Below are positions 1 through 9,581 of a stretch of DNA of 37,345 nucleotides, one piece after another. The position numbers and the translations under genes were made by a program. The number at the start of each line of letters is the position of its first letter. The stretch's first letter is position 1. The notes under the pieces are model-generated. The model was not told the DNA's origin. It searched no databases and was given only the letters and a program-made list of their open reading frames with translations. Origin of the DNA: a virus (Duplodnaviria > Caudoviricetes); IMG/VR virus record IMGVR_UViG_3300021560_000040, positions 1-37,345 of that record; one strand, written 5' to 3'.

Positions 1-126
1 ACCCCCCTACAATCACCACCACTGCCCCCATCACCCGCCCACTACTGCCCACCGCCAACCACCCCCAACCACCGCAACCAACGCCCCGTCCACCACCGGA
101 GCCGACATAGGGAACCGGGATGTCAA

Positions 127-570
127 GTGAACTCTGGGGTTTTAGTCCTGGCGACGATCCTGGCGATGGCGATTGGCCTGCTGAGCGGGATTCTGCTGAC
201 CACGCTGATCGCCAACAAGAGGAACGGGACCTCCAGCGGTTGGAGTCCCTCATCCGATCCGCAGTCGCAAGGCCAAGCGGACCGGGCCTTTCTCCAGTCC
301 CTGGTCCTCGGCCTCCTAAGGTTGGACAGAAGTTCTACCGAGACGACCTCTCCGGACGCCACTCAGGCCCCCGACGCCGCCGCACTCCTCCCGGCCTGGG
401 CGACGGAGCCGACCTCGCCGGAACCCCTCGAACAAGTCCTCCTGATGGAGCGCGCCACGATGCAGGAGGAGATTCGGCGCTTGCAGAACGCCCATCTGAC
501 GACCTCGGAGACCGAGTACGACAACGCGACCTGGGAGCAGATGATTTCCCCAGAAGAGGACTTACCGTAG
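127..570 (+). CDS. Membrane-anchored hypothetical protein (147 aa)
   Basis: GTG start; N-terminal hydrophobic helix VLVLATILAMAIGLLSGILLTTLIA; this frame has G/C-ending codons, unlike the overlapping 120 frame over the same span. Confidence 0.65.
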   Translation: MNSGVLVLATILAMAIGLLSGILLTTLIANKRNGTSSGWSPSSDPQSQGQADRAFLQSLVLGLLRLDRSSTETTSPDATQAPDAAALLPAWATEPTSPEPLEQVLLMERATMQEEIRRLQNAHLTTSETEYDNATWEQMISPEEDLP

Positions 571-842
571 ACGCGGAAGACCTCCCGTCGAATTCGCAAG
601 GCCCACGCAACTCCGCCAACCACGACATCCCCCTCACCTTCCAGTCGGCCGAACTCAGCGCCATTGTGAAGGAAGTGAAGTTCGTGTCGTCCGGCGACAT
701 CGACATCAAGATCACCGTCCCATACGAGTACCGCGCCGAGGCGACGAAATTCGGAGATGCATACGGACTCCTCATCGACATCCGCGCCGCCCGTCACTAC
801 TTCACCTCCCCCACCCCCTCCGATGGCCCTGACGCTCAGTGA
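567..842 (+). CDS. Hypothetical protein; start uncertain (C-terminal part of the 120..842 ORF)
   Basis: Codon bias switches to this frame at ~567; globular-looking sequence FQSAELSAIVKEVKFVSSGDIDIKITVPYEY; AGAGGA at 555-560 precedes GTA at 567. Confidence 0.5.
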   Translation, partial: VDAEDLPSNSQGPRNSANHDIPLTFQSAELSAIVKEVKFVSSGDIDIKITVPYEYRAEATKFGDAYGLLIDIRAARHYFTSPTPSDGPDAQ

Positions 843-1215
843 AATCGCCGTCTCACTCCTAGAACAGTCCATCTCCCCGCGCGTCATCGCGGTCGCCCTT
901 CGCTGTTCCGAGCAGGAGATAATAGACCTGCGCACCGATTACAACATCACCGTCCAGGCATCTGATGTCATCGGCGCCATGAACGACCTCGCCTGGCAGG
1001 CTTATAACCGTGCCGCCTTCCTCCTCCACTCGGGCAACCCCAATCAGCAAATGAACATCATCCGCATGATGTTCGGCCACATGCGCGGCCTCGCTGGCTC
1101 GACCTCCCCAAAGGAGATGCAGGAACTCATCGACATGTTCCGCTCCACCATCGAGATGTCTCCCGACTCTCCCGACGAGGACGATTACCCGATCCCAGAG
1201 GATGCCCCCGCGTGA
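823..1215 (+). CDS. Putative terminase small subunit (N-terminal HTH-like)
   Basis: Directly upstream of TerL with GTGA overlap; HTH-like SPRVIAVALRCSEQEI; helical core and acidic tail; ATG at 823 preferred over 757. Confidence 0.55.
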   Translation: MALTLSEIAVSLLEQSISPRVIAVALRCSEQEIIDLRTDYNITVQASDVIGAMNDLAWQAYNRAAFLLHSGNPNQQMNIIRMMFGHMRGLAGSTSPKEMQELIDMFRSTIEMSPDSPDEDDYPIPEDAPA

Positions 1216-2864
1216 ATCGCCTCAACCTCACGCCCATCATCGAGGACCTCGTAATCTCCACCAAAGACGCCACTATCGAACCTATCAACCTCACGAACCC
1301 CACCGGACCGGATTTCGAGTTCGCATGGGCACAACGCCGTCTCGTCAAGGAAGTGGAGCGCCAATACAATGCTGGCAAACCTGTCCGCATCATTGTCCTC
1401 AAGGCTCGACAGCTTGGCATTACGACGATTAGCGAAGCGGTGCTCTACGCATGGTCTTTCATTTTCCCTGGAACTTCCTCACTCGTCATCGCCCATGAAA
1501 CAGACACTTCTCAGTCGGCTTTTGAGAAGAACGTCATGTTCTGGGAATACTGGCCGTACAAGGACTTCTACAAACTCCGCTCCACGACACAGCGCCGTAT
1601 CGTCTGGGAGCACGGTTCGGCTATACGTATCGCCACCGCTCGTAATGTCAAGTCTGGTCGTGGTCGCACACTCCAAGCCCTCCACGCCACCGAGTGCGCC
1701 TTCTGGGACGACCCGCAAACCCTAATGACAGGCTTACGCCAAACAATCCCCAATAAGCAAGGCTCAATCATCATTCTCGAATCAACAGCCAATGGCGTTG
1801 GCAACTGGTTCCACGGGACATGGGAGGATGCAGTCGATGGACGCAATGACTACACCCCCCTCTTCTTCTCCTGGCTCGAACACGACGAATACCGGCTCCC
1901 CTGCCATTCGATAAACCCTCTCGCCCCCGACCTCGACTCCACAGAAATCAATCTCCTCCGTCTTGGCGCCACCCTCGAACATCTCGAATGGCGGCGATGG
2001 GCGATTCCCTCCCTCTGCCATGGTGACGACGACTACTTCAAGCAGGAATACCCCGCCACCATGGAAGAGGCATTCCTATCCACTGGGCGAAACGTCTATC
2101 CAATCGCCAAGCTCGATGAGCAATACGAACCTCGCCACGGTCACCGCGGAGAACTCCTGGAAATCGACGGCCGAATGCGGTTCTACGACGACCCGCTCGG
2201 CAAGCTAATCCTTTACGCGACTCCCTCTCTCGACCGCCAACACGGCCAGTACATGGTTTCTGGTGACCCATCCCGCACAACAATGGGTGACAACGCCTGC
2301 ATCCAAGTCCTCAACATCAACACGTTCGAACAGGTAGCCGTCTGGCACGGCAAATGTGACCCTGTTACCTTCGCGGACGAAATGGCAAAGGTGGGTGCGT
2401 TCTATAACACCGGCTGTCTGATCCCAGAAATGGAGGGTCCAGGTTACGCGACCATCGCCGCCCTCATCAAGATGAACTACCCGAACCTCTACAAGTTCCA
2501 CCGTGGTGACCGTGGCGGCATGGCCCAAGTCGCGATGAACGTCTACGGTTGGTCTACCAACTACCAGCGCAAACACTGGGCTGTCGCCAATACGATCAAG
2601 TTGCTCTACGACGGTTCTCTCGTCATCCATGACCCCGAAACCTACCATCAGATGCGTAACTACGTCGTCCTCGACAACGGCGAAATGGGAAATGCCCGCG
2701 AAGCCTGGAAGTATGATGACGCCTGCATGGCATTGAACATTGCAGTCGCCGGAATCATTACCCAGGGCGGTGTACAAATGCTCGAAACCGGTCCCCTCGG
2801 GCACTCCGACTACTTCGATGAACCCCCCGGCACAGCCTGGAATACCACCTTGACTGGGCTGTAA
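1212..2864 (+). CDS. terL: Terminase large subunit
   Basis: Walker A IIVLKARQLGITT, Walker B LHATECAFW, coupling motif ESTANG, nuclease acidic residues SGDPS...DN and YDDACMA. Confidence 0.95.
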   Translation: MNRLNLTPIIEDLVISTKDATIEPINLTNPTGPDFEFAWAQRRLVKEVERQYNAGKPVRIIVLKARQLGITTISEAVLYAWSFIFPGTSSLVIAHETDTSQSAFEKNVMFWEYWPYKDFYKLRSTTQRRIVWEHGSAIRIATARNVKSGRGRTLQALHATECAFWDDPQTLMTGLRQTIPNKQGSIIILESTANGVGNWFHGTWEDAVDGRNDYTPLFFSWLEHDEYRLPCHSINPLAPDLDSTEINLLRLGATLEHLEWRRWAIPSLCHGDDDYFKQEYPATMEEAFLSTGRNVYPIAKLDEQYEPRHGHRGELLEIDGRMRFYDDPLGKLILYATPSLDRQHGQYMVSGDPSRTTMGDNACIQVLNINTFEQVAVWHGKCDPVTFADEMAKVGAFYNTGCLIPEMEGPGYATIAALIKMNYPNLYKFHRGDRGGMAQVAMNVYGWSTNYQRKHWAVANTIKLLYDGSLVIHDPETYHQMRNYVVLDNGEMGNAREAWKYDDACMALNIAVAGIITQGGVQMLETGPLGHSDYFDEPPGTAWNTTLTGL

Positions 2865-2884
2865 TCCCCTGTCACACTCCCCCT

Positions 2885-3244
2885 ATGCCTCTCTACGAGT
2901 TCAAATGCCGTAAGTGCGGCCTAATAACAACCACAACTCGTTATGGAGTCGTCCCCGAGTGCGATGTCTGCGGCGCCGAAACACGCAAGCAGTTCTCCTT
3001 CTTCATCGAGAAGCCTTTCGTTCCCCACTTCAACCCGTCTGTCGGACGATACGTCGCTTCCGAACACGACTTCAACGAGGCCCTGAAAGCCGCGTCAGAT
3101 GCCGAGTCCGCTCGTACCGGCATCGACCATAACTACGTCCGCGTTGACAATGCCGACCGCGATGCATTCGGCGCAACCGATGAAGGCATGGACAGTTACT
3201 ACGAATTCAATAATAACGCGGCCCATGAAACCCTTCTCCCATGA
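2885..3244 (+). CDS. FmdB-like zinc-ribbon protein
   Basis: MPLYEFKCRKCG...CDVCG signature; sits between TerL and portal. Confidence 0.8.
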   Translation: MPLYEFKCRKCGLITTTTRYGVVPECDVCGAETRKQFSFFIEKPFVPHFNPSVGRYVASEHDFNEALKAASDAESARTGIDHNYVRVDNADRDAFGATDEGMDSYYEFNNNAAHETLLP

Positions 3245-5076
3245 CTGACACCTCCTCAACCTCTCGTCTCGACTCCCTCGAACTATTCTCCCGCCTCGAT
3301 TCTCTCTACTACAACGCCCTCACCAAGAAGCGCCGTTACTACGAAGAGTGGCGGCGCAACTATCTCCTCCTCAACAACAAGATGTGGTCGGAGTGGCGTA
3401 CTGCTAACTGGCTCCCCACCCCTACATCCTCCGAAATCTTCCCCATCCTCTCTGCCCTCATCGCCTGGATTACTGACCAGGACGTGATCTTCTCCTGTTC
3501 AGCCTCTTCCGATCCCCACACCCTCTACTCGGACTGGCTCTCCAAGCTCTCTAATGACCTCGAAGCCATCCTCCAGTCCAACTGGCTGAACAACGCCAAC
3601 GACGAACAGGTCTATCTCTCTCTCTGGGATGCTGGACTCTTCGGCTCCGGCATTATGAAGGTCGTCTGGGATGCAGGACTTGTGGATGGCTTGGGTGATG
3701 CGGTCCTTCGACGCGTTGACCCGTGGTTCTTCTACCCAGACCCTAATGCGTCGTGCTGTGAAGACGCCCAATACTTCATCGAGGTATACCGTCTATCGTT
3801 CGAGGAATGCCAACGCCGGTTCCCGCTCGCCTACGATGAACTCATGGCGTCGGAATCTCTACTCTTCGGGTCGTCTGACACCTTCGACTCTCGCCCCAAT
3901 CTCTACGACCAAGAACAATTCCCCAAAGCCAATCCCGGTGCCATGCCATCATCAGGCACTCTGGGATCGCTTGGCCCCACAGGACGCCCTGGTTCTTACG
4001 GGTTACCCGGCCAGGGTCGTCGTCAATCCTCACTATCTGAGGGCATCGTCGTCAAGGAGTTCTGGCTACGTGAGAATCGGGTCGAACATGTGGAAGATTC
4101 GGTTATCGAAGAGAAACCGAATCCTAATTTTGAGTACCCGGATCATATAGTTACCGACGAATGGCGCGTTGTCGTTGTCGCTAACGGTGTCGTCCTCATG
4201 GACGAGTACGCCTCGGACCTCTGGGCATCCGGTCGCCATCCCTATGTCCGCTTCACCTTCGATGACATCGGGGAATTTTGGGGCGTCTCATTGGTCTCTC
4301 ACCTCGCGCCAGCCCAAATCGCCATCAATCGTCTCCTATCTGCTCTCCAGCACCACGCCGAACTCACCGGCAACCCCATCTTCCTCGAACCCGATGACTC
4401 CGGCATCGCCCGTACCACCATCGTCAACCGCCCCGGCCAGCGTCTCCGCATCAAGGGCGGTCCCAATGCGCAGAACTACCAACCCAACTGGCTCAATCCG
4501 CCCCCCATGCCACAACAAGTCCAGCAACTCATTGAGTTCTGGATATCCCGAATGGAAAATCTTAGTGGACTATCGTCGGCCTCCAAAGGCCAACTGCCGC
4601 CTCCGCGGACACCATCGGCCTCGGTACAAGCTACGCAGGAGTCCGGGTTTGTGCGTGTGCGACAAGCAATGCGAAACCTTGAGACTTGCCTTCGAATCGC
4701 TGGGAATCTCATCACGGAACTCATAACCGAGAACTACACGACCCCCCGTGTCGTCGCGATTGTCGGCCCAGACGGCGAGCAAACGTCCCTCCAGACCGCG
4801 GCACGTCATTTCTACGGCCCTAATGACTCCGGCTCAGTCCCATTCCGCTTCTCCGTCTTCATTGACGCGGGTGCCAACAACCCGACCTCGCGCACATCGC
4901 GTATCTCCGAAGCCGACACCCTGTTCGCCATGCACGGTATTGACCGCCAAGCCCTACTCCAAGCCCACAATTATCCCCACGCCATGGAAATCAATGCTCG
5001 GATGGAGCAACAAGAGGCACAACAGGCCCAGCAGAATCCTCCTGGGGCGCGCGTTCGCGCACGTCGCACCACTTAG
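3241..5076 (+). CDS. Portal protein (P22-like)
   Basis: 611 aa after terminase; G.GIMKVVWD, RVDPWFFYPDP, FWGVSLV..L...Q..IN motifs typical of podovirus portals. Confidence 0.88.
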   Translation: MTDTSSTSRLDSLELFSRLDSLYYNALTKKRRYYEEWRRNYLLLNNKMWSEWRTANWLPTPTSSEIFPILSALIAWITDQDVIFSCSASSDPHTLYSDWLSKLSNDLEAILQSNWLNNANDEQVYLSLWDAGLFGSGIMKVVWDAGLVDGLGDAVLRRVDPWFFYPDPNASCCEDAQYFIEVYRLSFEECQRRFPLAYDELMASESLLFGSSDTFDSRPNLYDQEQFPKANPGAMPSSGTLGSLGPTGRPGSYGLPGQGRRQSSLSEGIVVKEFWLRENRVEHVEDSVIEEKPNPNFEYPDHIVTDEWRVVVVANGVVLMDEYASDLWASGRHPYVRFTFDDIGEFWGVSLVSHLAPAQIAINRLLSALQHHAELTGNPIFLEPDDSGIARTTIVNRPGQRLRIKGGPNAQNYQPNWLNPPPMPQQVQQLIEFWISRMENLSGLSSASKGQLPPPRTPSASVQATQESGFVRVRQAMRNLETCLRIAGNLITELITENYTTPRVVAIVGPDGEQTSLQTAARHFYGPNDSGSVPFRFSVFIDAGANNPTSRTSRISEADTLFAMHGIDRQALLQAHNYPHAMEINARMEQQEAQQAQQNPPGARVRARRTT

Positions 5077-5149
5077 TACACATCTCCCCCCTCATTCCCC
5101 CCCCGGTCTCTCTTGACAGTCGCCATCCCCCCTCGCCAACCTCTCTCTA

Positions 5150-5380
5150 ATGCCCGATTACGCCTACCATCGCTGGAGCCGCACCACTCCCGACAACCGC
5201 GATGACTATGCGGAGTGCGATCCCGGCGTTATCGCCGCCGAAGACGGCCGCACCGCGATCCTCCAATGGTCTGATGGCGACGAAGACGACGAGGACTACA
5301 TCTACGCGATGATCCACAACCGTCGAAACGTACGCCCTCTTCCCGATGCCCCCGATCCCTACTTCAAAAGGGGTCGCTAG
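5150..5380 (+). CDS. Small acidic hypothetical protein
   Basis: ATG ORF of 76 aa with C-ending codon bias, fills the gap after portal. Confidence 0.6.
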   Translation: MPDYAYHRWSRTTPDNRDDYAECDPGVIAAEDGRTAILQWSDGDEDDEDYIYAMIHNRRNVRPLPDAPDPYFKRGR

Positions 5381-5403
5381 ACGGTGGGAAGGTGGTGATT
5401 CAT

Positions 5404-5442
5404 ATGGCACGTCGCGGCCACCGTGGACACAAGCGGCGCTAA
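5404..5442 (+). CDS. 12-aa basic micropeptide MARRGHRGHKRR (not in ORF track)
   Basis: Strong SD-like GGAAGGTGGTGA at 5387-5398, ATG 5404, TAA 5440-5442. Confidence 0.5.
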   Translation: MARRGHRGHKRR

Positions 5443-5461
5443 CCACGCCCGTGTAACTCGC

Positions 5462-5513
5462 TGAGGGGCTGTGGTTGATGAATGTGCCGTTGCCAAATCA
5501 CCACAGCCCCTCA
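5462..5513 (+). other. 14-bp perfect stem-loop (terminator, RNA-stability or processing element)
   Basis: TGAGGGGCTGTGGT (5462-5475) / ACCACAGCCCCTCA (5500-5513); intergenic. Confidence 0.6.
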
Positions 5514-5536
5514 TTCACTTACAAGGAGAACTTCAC

Positions 5537-5665
5537 ATGGCAGAAGCAGGCGGTAGTCGGGGCGGCAAGGCCCCCATCATCAAGCAGGGGCAGACCTCCG
5601 GGCAGTTCGGCAACGACCCTGCCGTCAAAACGGTCAACCGCCCGGCGACTCCGTACACGAAATGA
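5537..5665 (+). CDS. Small virion-module protein (42 aa)
   Basis: SD AAGGAG at 5523-5528, ATG 5537, ATGA overlap with the next gene. Confidence 0.65.
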   Translation: MAEAGGSRGGKAPIIKQGQTSGQFGNDPAVKTVNRPATPYTK

Positions 5666-5997
5666 CCGACCCGGCGCCTCCCTACGTCCACAGCGACGAC
5701 AACTCGGACCCGTCTGACCCCGGCTACATCCCACCCGCCGCTCAGTCCACCTCACATGGGGGCTACACGGACTGCCTGTTGTGCGGGCAGCGGATCAGTA
5801 AGGCTGGCATCAACGACGGTTGCCAGGCTCTCGACCCGAGTCTGTTCGTAGACACCTGCGACCGCTCCGAGTCGGCTATCGAGGCTCGCCAAGCTGCCGA
5901 CACCGCCGAAGCCGCCGACCTCGCGGCCGAGGAATCAGTCGCCGCCAAGTCCTCGTCTTCCTCGCGCGTCTCCACCCCGACCTCCACCTCTTCCTAA
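5662..5997 (+). CDS. Hypothetical protein with CxxC and two further Cys
   Basis: Coupled to both neighbours; CLLCG...GC...TC. Confidence 0.65.
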   Translation: MTDPAPPYVHSDDNSDPSDPGYIPPAAQSTSHGGYTDCLLCGQRISKAGINDGCQALDPSLFVDTCDRSESAIEARQAADTAEAADLAAEESVAAKSSSSSRVSTPTSTSS

Positions 5998-6540
5998 ATG
6001 CCGGGGTCGTCATCTGAGCCGCAGTCGATGAACGCTTCTCTCGGTCGCGTTCTCCAAGACATCGCCGGGGCGATGGCGGCTCCAGACGCCGACCTGCAAT
6101 TCCTGTCGCAACTTCAAGGCGTGGTGGTCGGGCGGATGCGACAGGCGGTTGTACCACCAACGGGTCCCCGTGGCCCTGGTGGTATGCCCGGTGGTGGGCC
6201 TCCTGGTGCTGGGGCAGCTCCACCAGGAGGACCGCCACTACCCCCTCCGGGTGGTCTGGGAGGCCCTGGTGGCCCCGGTCCCGGCCCCGGTGGCCCGCCG
6301 CCTGGTGCTGGTGGTCCACTCCCGCCTGGTGGTGGTCCCGGTGCTGGAGGTCCGCCGCCCGGTGCAGCCGTCCCCCCCGGTCCCCCCGGTGGCCCCGCTA
6401 TCCCCGGTCAAGCCCTCCCTCCCGGTGGTCCTCCCGGTGCGCTCGCCAACGCCCCCACCCCGAACGGCGTCACCCCCCTCGCCCCTCAACCGAACCCCGA
6501 CGAACTCCGTCGCATGATCGCCGGTCGCGCAGGAGCCTGA
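5998..6540 (+). CDS. Pro/Gly-rich low-complexity head-module protein
   Basis: Abuts both neighbours; helical termini flank ~100 aa of PPGG repeats. Confidence 0.65.
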   Translation: MPGSSSEPQSMNASLGRVLQDIAGAMAAPDADLQFLSQLQGVVVGRMRQAVVPPTGPRGPGGMPGGGPPGAGAAPPGGPPLPPPGGLGGPGGPGPGPGGPPPGAGGPLPPGGGPGAGGPPPGAAVPPGPPGGPAIPGQALPPGGPPGALANAPTPNGVTPLAPQPNPDELRRMIAGRAGA

Positions 6541-6541
6541 T

Positions 6542-7474
6542 ATGCCAGGTGGCTTCGACTACTCCATCACCCCCGAAGAGGAACAGGAACTCGCGTCCGC
6601 CTTCGCCAATCTCCGCGCCCAGTGGGACAGTGACCCTGACTCTGCCTCTGCCTCTGACCCTGACCCCACGGAGCCACCAGATGACGATGAAGAAGAACAG
6701 GAACCAGACGGTGGCCCAGAAGAGGGAGAGGAGACTGAATCTCCTGAGGAACCACTATCTGAACCCGAACCTGAATCAGAAGACGCCTCCGCCGACCGCC
6801 TCACCCCGGCGACAGCAGCAGAACTCCGTTCCCTCCGCGCCCTCCGCGCCTCCCTGGACGCAGCTAACGCTTCCGGCTCCCTACAGGCCGCTACGTCATA
6901 CCAGCAGCAGCAGCCGCCCGTGCCTGCCGCGCCCGGACCTAGCTACGAATCCCCTTACACCACTCCCCCGGAAGACCTCGACCTAGAAGACCCCAACATC
7001 CGTGCCCTGTGGGACAAGTTCTCCCTCCTCGGCACTCAGTTCGAGGCACAGCGTCAGCAGCTTCTCTACCGCGAACAGCAGGAGTCCGTCGCCGCAGTCA
7101 ATCGCGCGGTCGAAGACTGGAACACGCGCTACCACCTAGACGAGACCACGTTCTCCAAGGTCCGCCAAGCCGCAGCCAACCTCAACATCCTCCCCAACCT
7201 CGCGGCCTCCGGCAAATCCCCCTACGACGCCACCGTCATCGCCCTTGACACCGCGTTCTGGTCTGACTCCGACTTCCGCGACGCCTATGTCAACGCCCAA
7301 GCGGCCGACGACAAAGCCCGTGCCTCCGCCGACCGCGCCCACTCCCGCAAGCTATCTGCCCTAGCTGGCCGCAAGTCTGCCCCGTCCGCCCCCAAGCCCG
7401 TCTCTCAGATGTCAGCCGACGAACGACGGGAAGCAATGGCAGCAGAAATCGCAGAACATCTAGCTAGGAGCTGA
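6542..7474 (+). CDS. Capsid scaffolding protein
   Basis: Acidic disordered N-terminus, coiled coil, C-terminal helix; immediately before the major capsid gene. Confidence 0.7.
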   Translation: MPGGFDYSITPEEEQELASAFANLRAQWDSDPDSASASDPDPTEPPDDDEEEQEPDGGPEEGEETESPEEPLSEPEPESEDASADRLTPATAAELRSLRALRASLDAANASGSLQAATSYQQQQPPVPAAPGPSYESPYTTPPEDLDLEDPNIRALWDKFSLLGTQFEAQRQQLLYREQQESVAAVNRAVEDWNTRYHLDETTFSKVRQAAANLNILPNLAASGKSPYDATVIALDTAFWSDSDFRDAYVNAQAADDKARASADRAHSRKLSALAGRKSAPSAPKPVSQMSADERREAMAAEIAEHLARS

Positions 7475-7481
7475 GTCAATC

Positions 7482-8468
7482 ATGGCCGTCACCCCTATTG
7501 GGACTGATGTAGTCACCGCGATTTCTCGCCGCTACATCACACCGCAGATCGCAGACAACATCTACGGGTCCAACCTGATGTTCCACCGCCTCAATGCGTC
7601 CAACCGCCGCATTGTCCAGGGTGGTTATCAGATCGAGCAACCCCTGATGTACTCGAAGTTCTCGGCTGGTGGACCCTACCAGGGTTACCAGAACCTGACA
7701 ATAACTCCCTCCGACACGATCCTCAACGGGGCGTGGCAGTGGAAGCAATACTACTCCCCCGTCACTGTCGATGGCCTCACCCTCATCAAAACGGACGCCC
7801 CAGACGCCATCGCCAACTTCCTCAATGTCTACTTCGCGCAGGCGGAGATGGACTTGGCAGACCAGCTCGGCCAGGGCACATGGTCAGATGGCATCACCAA
7901 CACCCTCCACATCGACGGCCTACTCGGCGCGGTGGACAACTCATCTGTCCTCGGCACCTATGGTGGCCTCTCCCGTGCCACCTTCACCTGGTGGAAGGCG
8001 CAGGAAGACAACGTCACCACGGTCACGGCGATGGCGAAGCTCCAGGCGCTCTTCGGCCAATGCACTTTCGGTGGTCGTCACCCGACAATCATCGTCAGCA
8101 TCCAGCCGAACTACAACTTCTACTACGGCCTCCAGACTTCTCTCCAGACCTTCCCATCCCAACCCGCAGGCCAGGACGAACAGCTCGCCCAGGCCGGGTT
8201 CAACAACCTTCTCTTCAACGGTGTCCCGTGGACGGTCGATTCCCACATCGCCACGGCTCCCGGTTACGTCGCAGGCACCACCGGCAATGTCTTCTTCCTC
8301 AACGAAGACTACATGTACCTCTGGGTATCGCCGCGTGCCAACTTCACCCTCGAAGACTTCCAGACCGCCATCAACCAGGACGCGATGGTGGCGAAGCTCC
8401 TCTGGGCAGGGAACCTCACCCTGTCCAACTGCAACGCCCAAGGCAAGTTCACAGCCCTCACCTCATAG
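7482..8468 (+). CDS. Major capsid protein
   Basis: 328 aa; IADNIY.SN, GG..IEQPL.Y, IDGL, AGFNNLLFNGVP.TVD, FLNEDY, GNLT.SN motifs typical of HK97-fold MCPs; synteny. Confidence 0.88.
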   Translation: MAVTPIGTDVVTAISRRYITPQIADNIYGSNLMFHRLNASNRRIVQGGYQIEQPLMYSKFSAGGPYQGYQNLTITPSDTILNGAWQWKQYYSPVTVDGLTLIKTDAPDAIANFLNVYFAQAEMDLADQLGQGTWSDGITNTLHIDGLLGAVDNSSVLGTYGGLSRATFTWWKAQEDNVTTVTAMAKLQALFGQCTFGGRHPTIIVSIQPNYNFYYGLQTSLQTFPSQPAGQDEQLAQAGFNNLLFNGVPWTVDSHIATAPGYVAGTTGNVFFLNEDYMYLWVSPRANFTLEDFQTAINQDAMVAKLLWAGNLTLSNCNAQGKFTALTS

Positions 8469-8489
8469 CCTCATAGTCAGGAGTCCTCC

Positions 8490-8927
8490 ATGGGTGGAGT
8501 AATCGACCTCGAAAACTCACTCCTCGCATTCCAGTCGGCGGGTCAGAACGGTCCACCTTCCCTCCCGTCCCAGTACGTCGTCTCCCTCCCGGTCACGGCC
8601 GCGGTCGCCCTCGGTCAGATCGTCGCCGTCTCCTACTCCGCCACCTCGGGCCTGTTCACCTGTGCCCCGGCAGGTGCCGGTGCGGCCGGGACAATCGGGG
8701 TCGCGCTCGCCGGACAGCCCCTGATCGGTGGCCTCTGCCCCATCGTCGTCTACGGTCCCGCCCTTGTCACGGCTTCGGCGGCGCTCGGTGCGGGCACGAT
8801 CTTCTCCTCGGGGGCGGCAGGAACCGCCGCAGCGGCCTCTGCGACCATCGGCGCGAACGCGGGCATCCTCGTGCAAGCCTCTTCCGGAGCCGGACAGCTC
8901 GTCGCCTGCTGGGTCTGCAAGTCCTAG
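8490..8927 (+). CDS. Capsid decoration/cement protein
   Basis: Ala/Gly-rich beta protein after MCP (GQIVAV...IGVAL...IVVYG); SD AGGAG. Confidence 0.65.
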   Translation: MGGVIDLENSLLAFQSAGQNGPPSLPSQYVVSLPVTAAVALGQIVAVSYSATSGLFTCAPAGAGAAGTIGVALAGQPLIGGLCPIVVYGPALVTASAALGAGTIFSSGAAGTAAAASATIGANAGILVQASSGAGQLVACWVCKS

Positions 8928-8933
8928 CCCCCC

Positions 8934-9572
8934 ATGCAATACGACTCGATGCTCCGTGTAGAGAACAACTCGCCCACCCTCTCGTACATTTTCTCCTTCA
9001 ACTCCAAGCGCTACATCATCCCGCCTCAACGCACCGCCTTCGTTGACTTCGACGCGCTCGTCGTCGGCCTCGGTGACCCGCGCTCCGGCCCGGAGCCGTC
9101 CCATTGGGTCATCGAGGGCCGCGAGAAGCCGGTCCCGATCCCCTCGCGCAAGGAAGAACTCACGCGCCTCGGTGTCCAGTACGGCGTCTACACGACTCAC
9201 CCGGACACGCCAGCCTCCCCCTACTTCGAGGACGTGGCTGGGCGCACCCTTCGCGACATGATGCCCGATGTCACGGTCTACAACATGTCCGACAACGAGC
9301 CAATCGTCTTCCCAATAGACGACCCGGACTGCAACAAGTACCTCCCGCCAGAAACCGACCTCTCGACAGTCGCCTCTCTCCAACGCCAGGTCGAGGCGCT
9401 CGGTCGTCAGCAGGCGATCCTTCGTGAACAGCTCCGGCAAGCCTCAACCGGTGAAATGGCGCTTCCCCTCGAAGACCTCCCCACCGATTCCCCGTCCCCC
9501 ACCCCTCCCCCCACCCGCCGTCAACCTCAACCCCCCTCCCCATCCCCCTCCCAATCACCCCGCTCAGCCTAG
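8934..9572 (+). CDS. Hypothetical virion-module protein
   Basis: 212 aa, strong codon bias, coiled coil and Pro-rich tail. Confidence 0.7.
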   Translation: MQYDSMLRVENNSPTLSYIFSFNSKRYIIPPQRTAFVDFDALVVGLGDPRSGPEPSHWVIEGREKPVPIPSRKEELTRLGVQYGVYTTHPDTPASPYFEDVAGRTLRDMMPDVTVYNMSDNEPIVFPIDDPDCNKYLPPETDLSTVASLQRQVEALGRQQAILREQLRQASTGEMALPLEDLPTDSPSPTPPPTRRQPQPPSPSPSQSPRSA

Positions 9573-9581
9573 ATGTCCTAG

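Noticed and set aside
1-100. Terminal repeat or telomere-like C/A-rich end
   Set aside because: Only CCCCCTAC is shared with the right end (37324-37331); too short in C-rich sequence to call a terminal repeat.
7733-9440. Long alternative-frame and antisense ORFs (7733..8476, 7771..8502, 8517..9440 and many similar)
   Set aside because: Shadow ORFs from GC-rich biased codons over clear genes; R/P/S- or G/E/V-rich without motifs.
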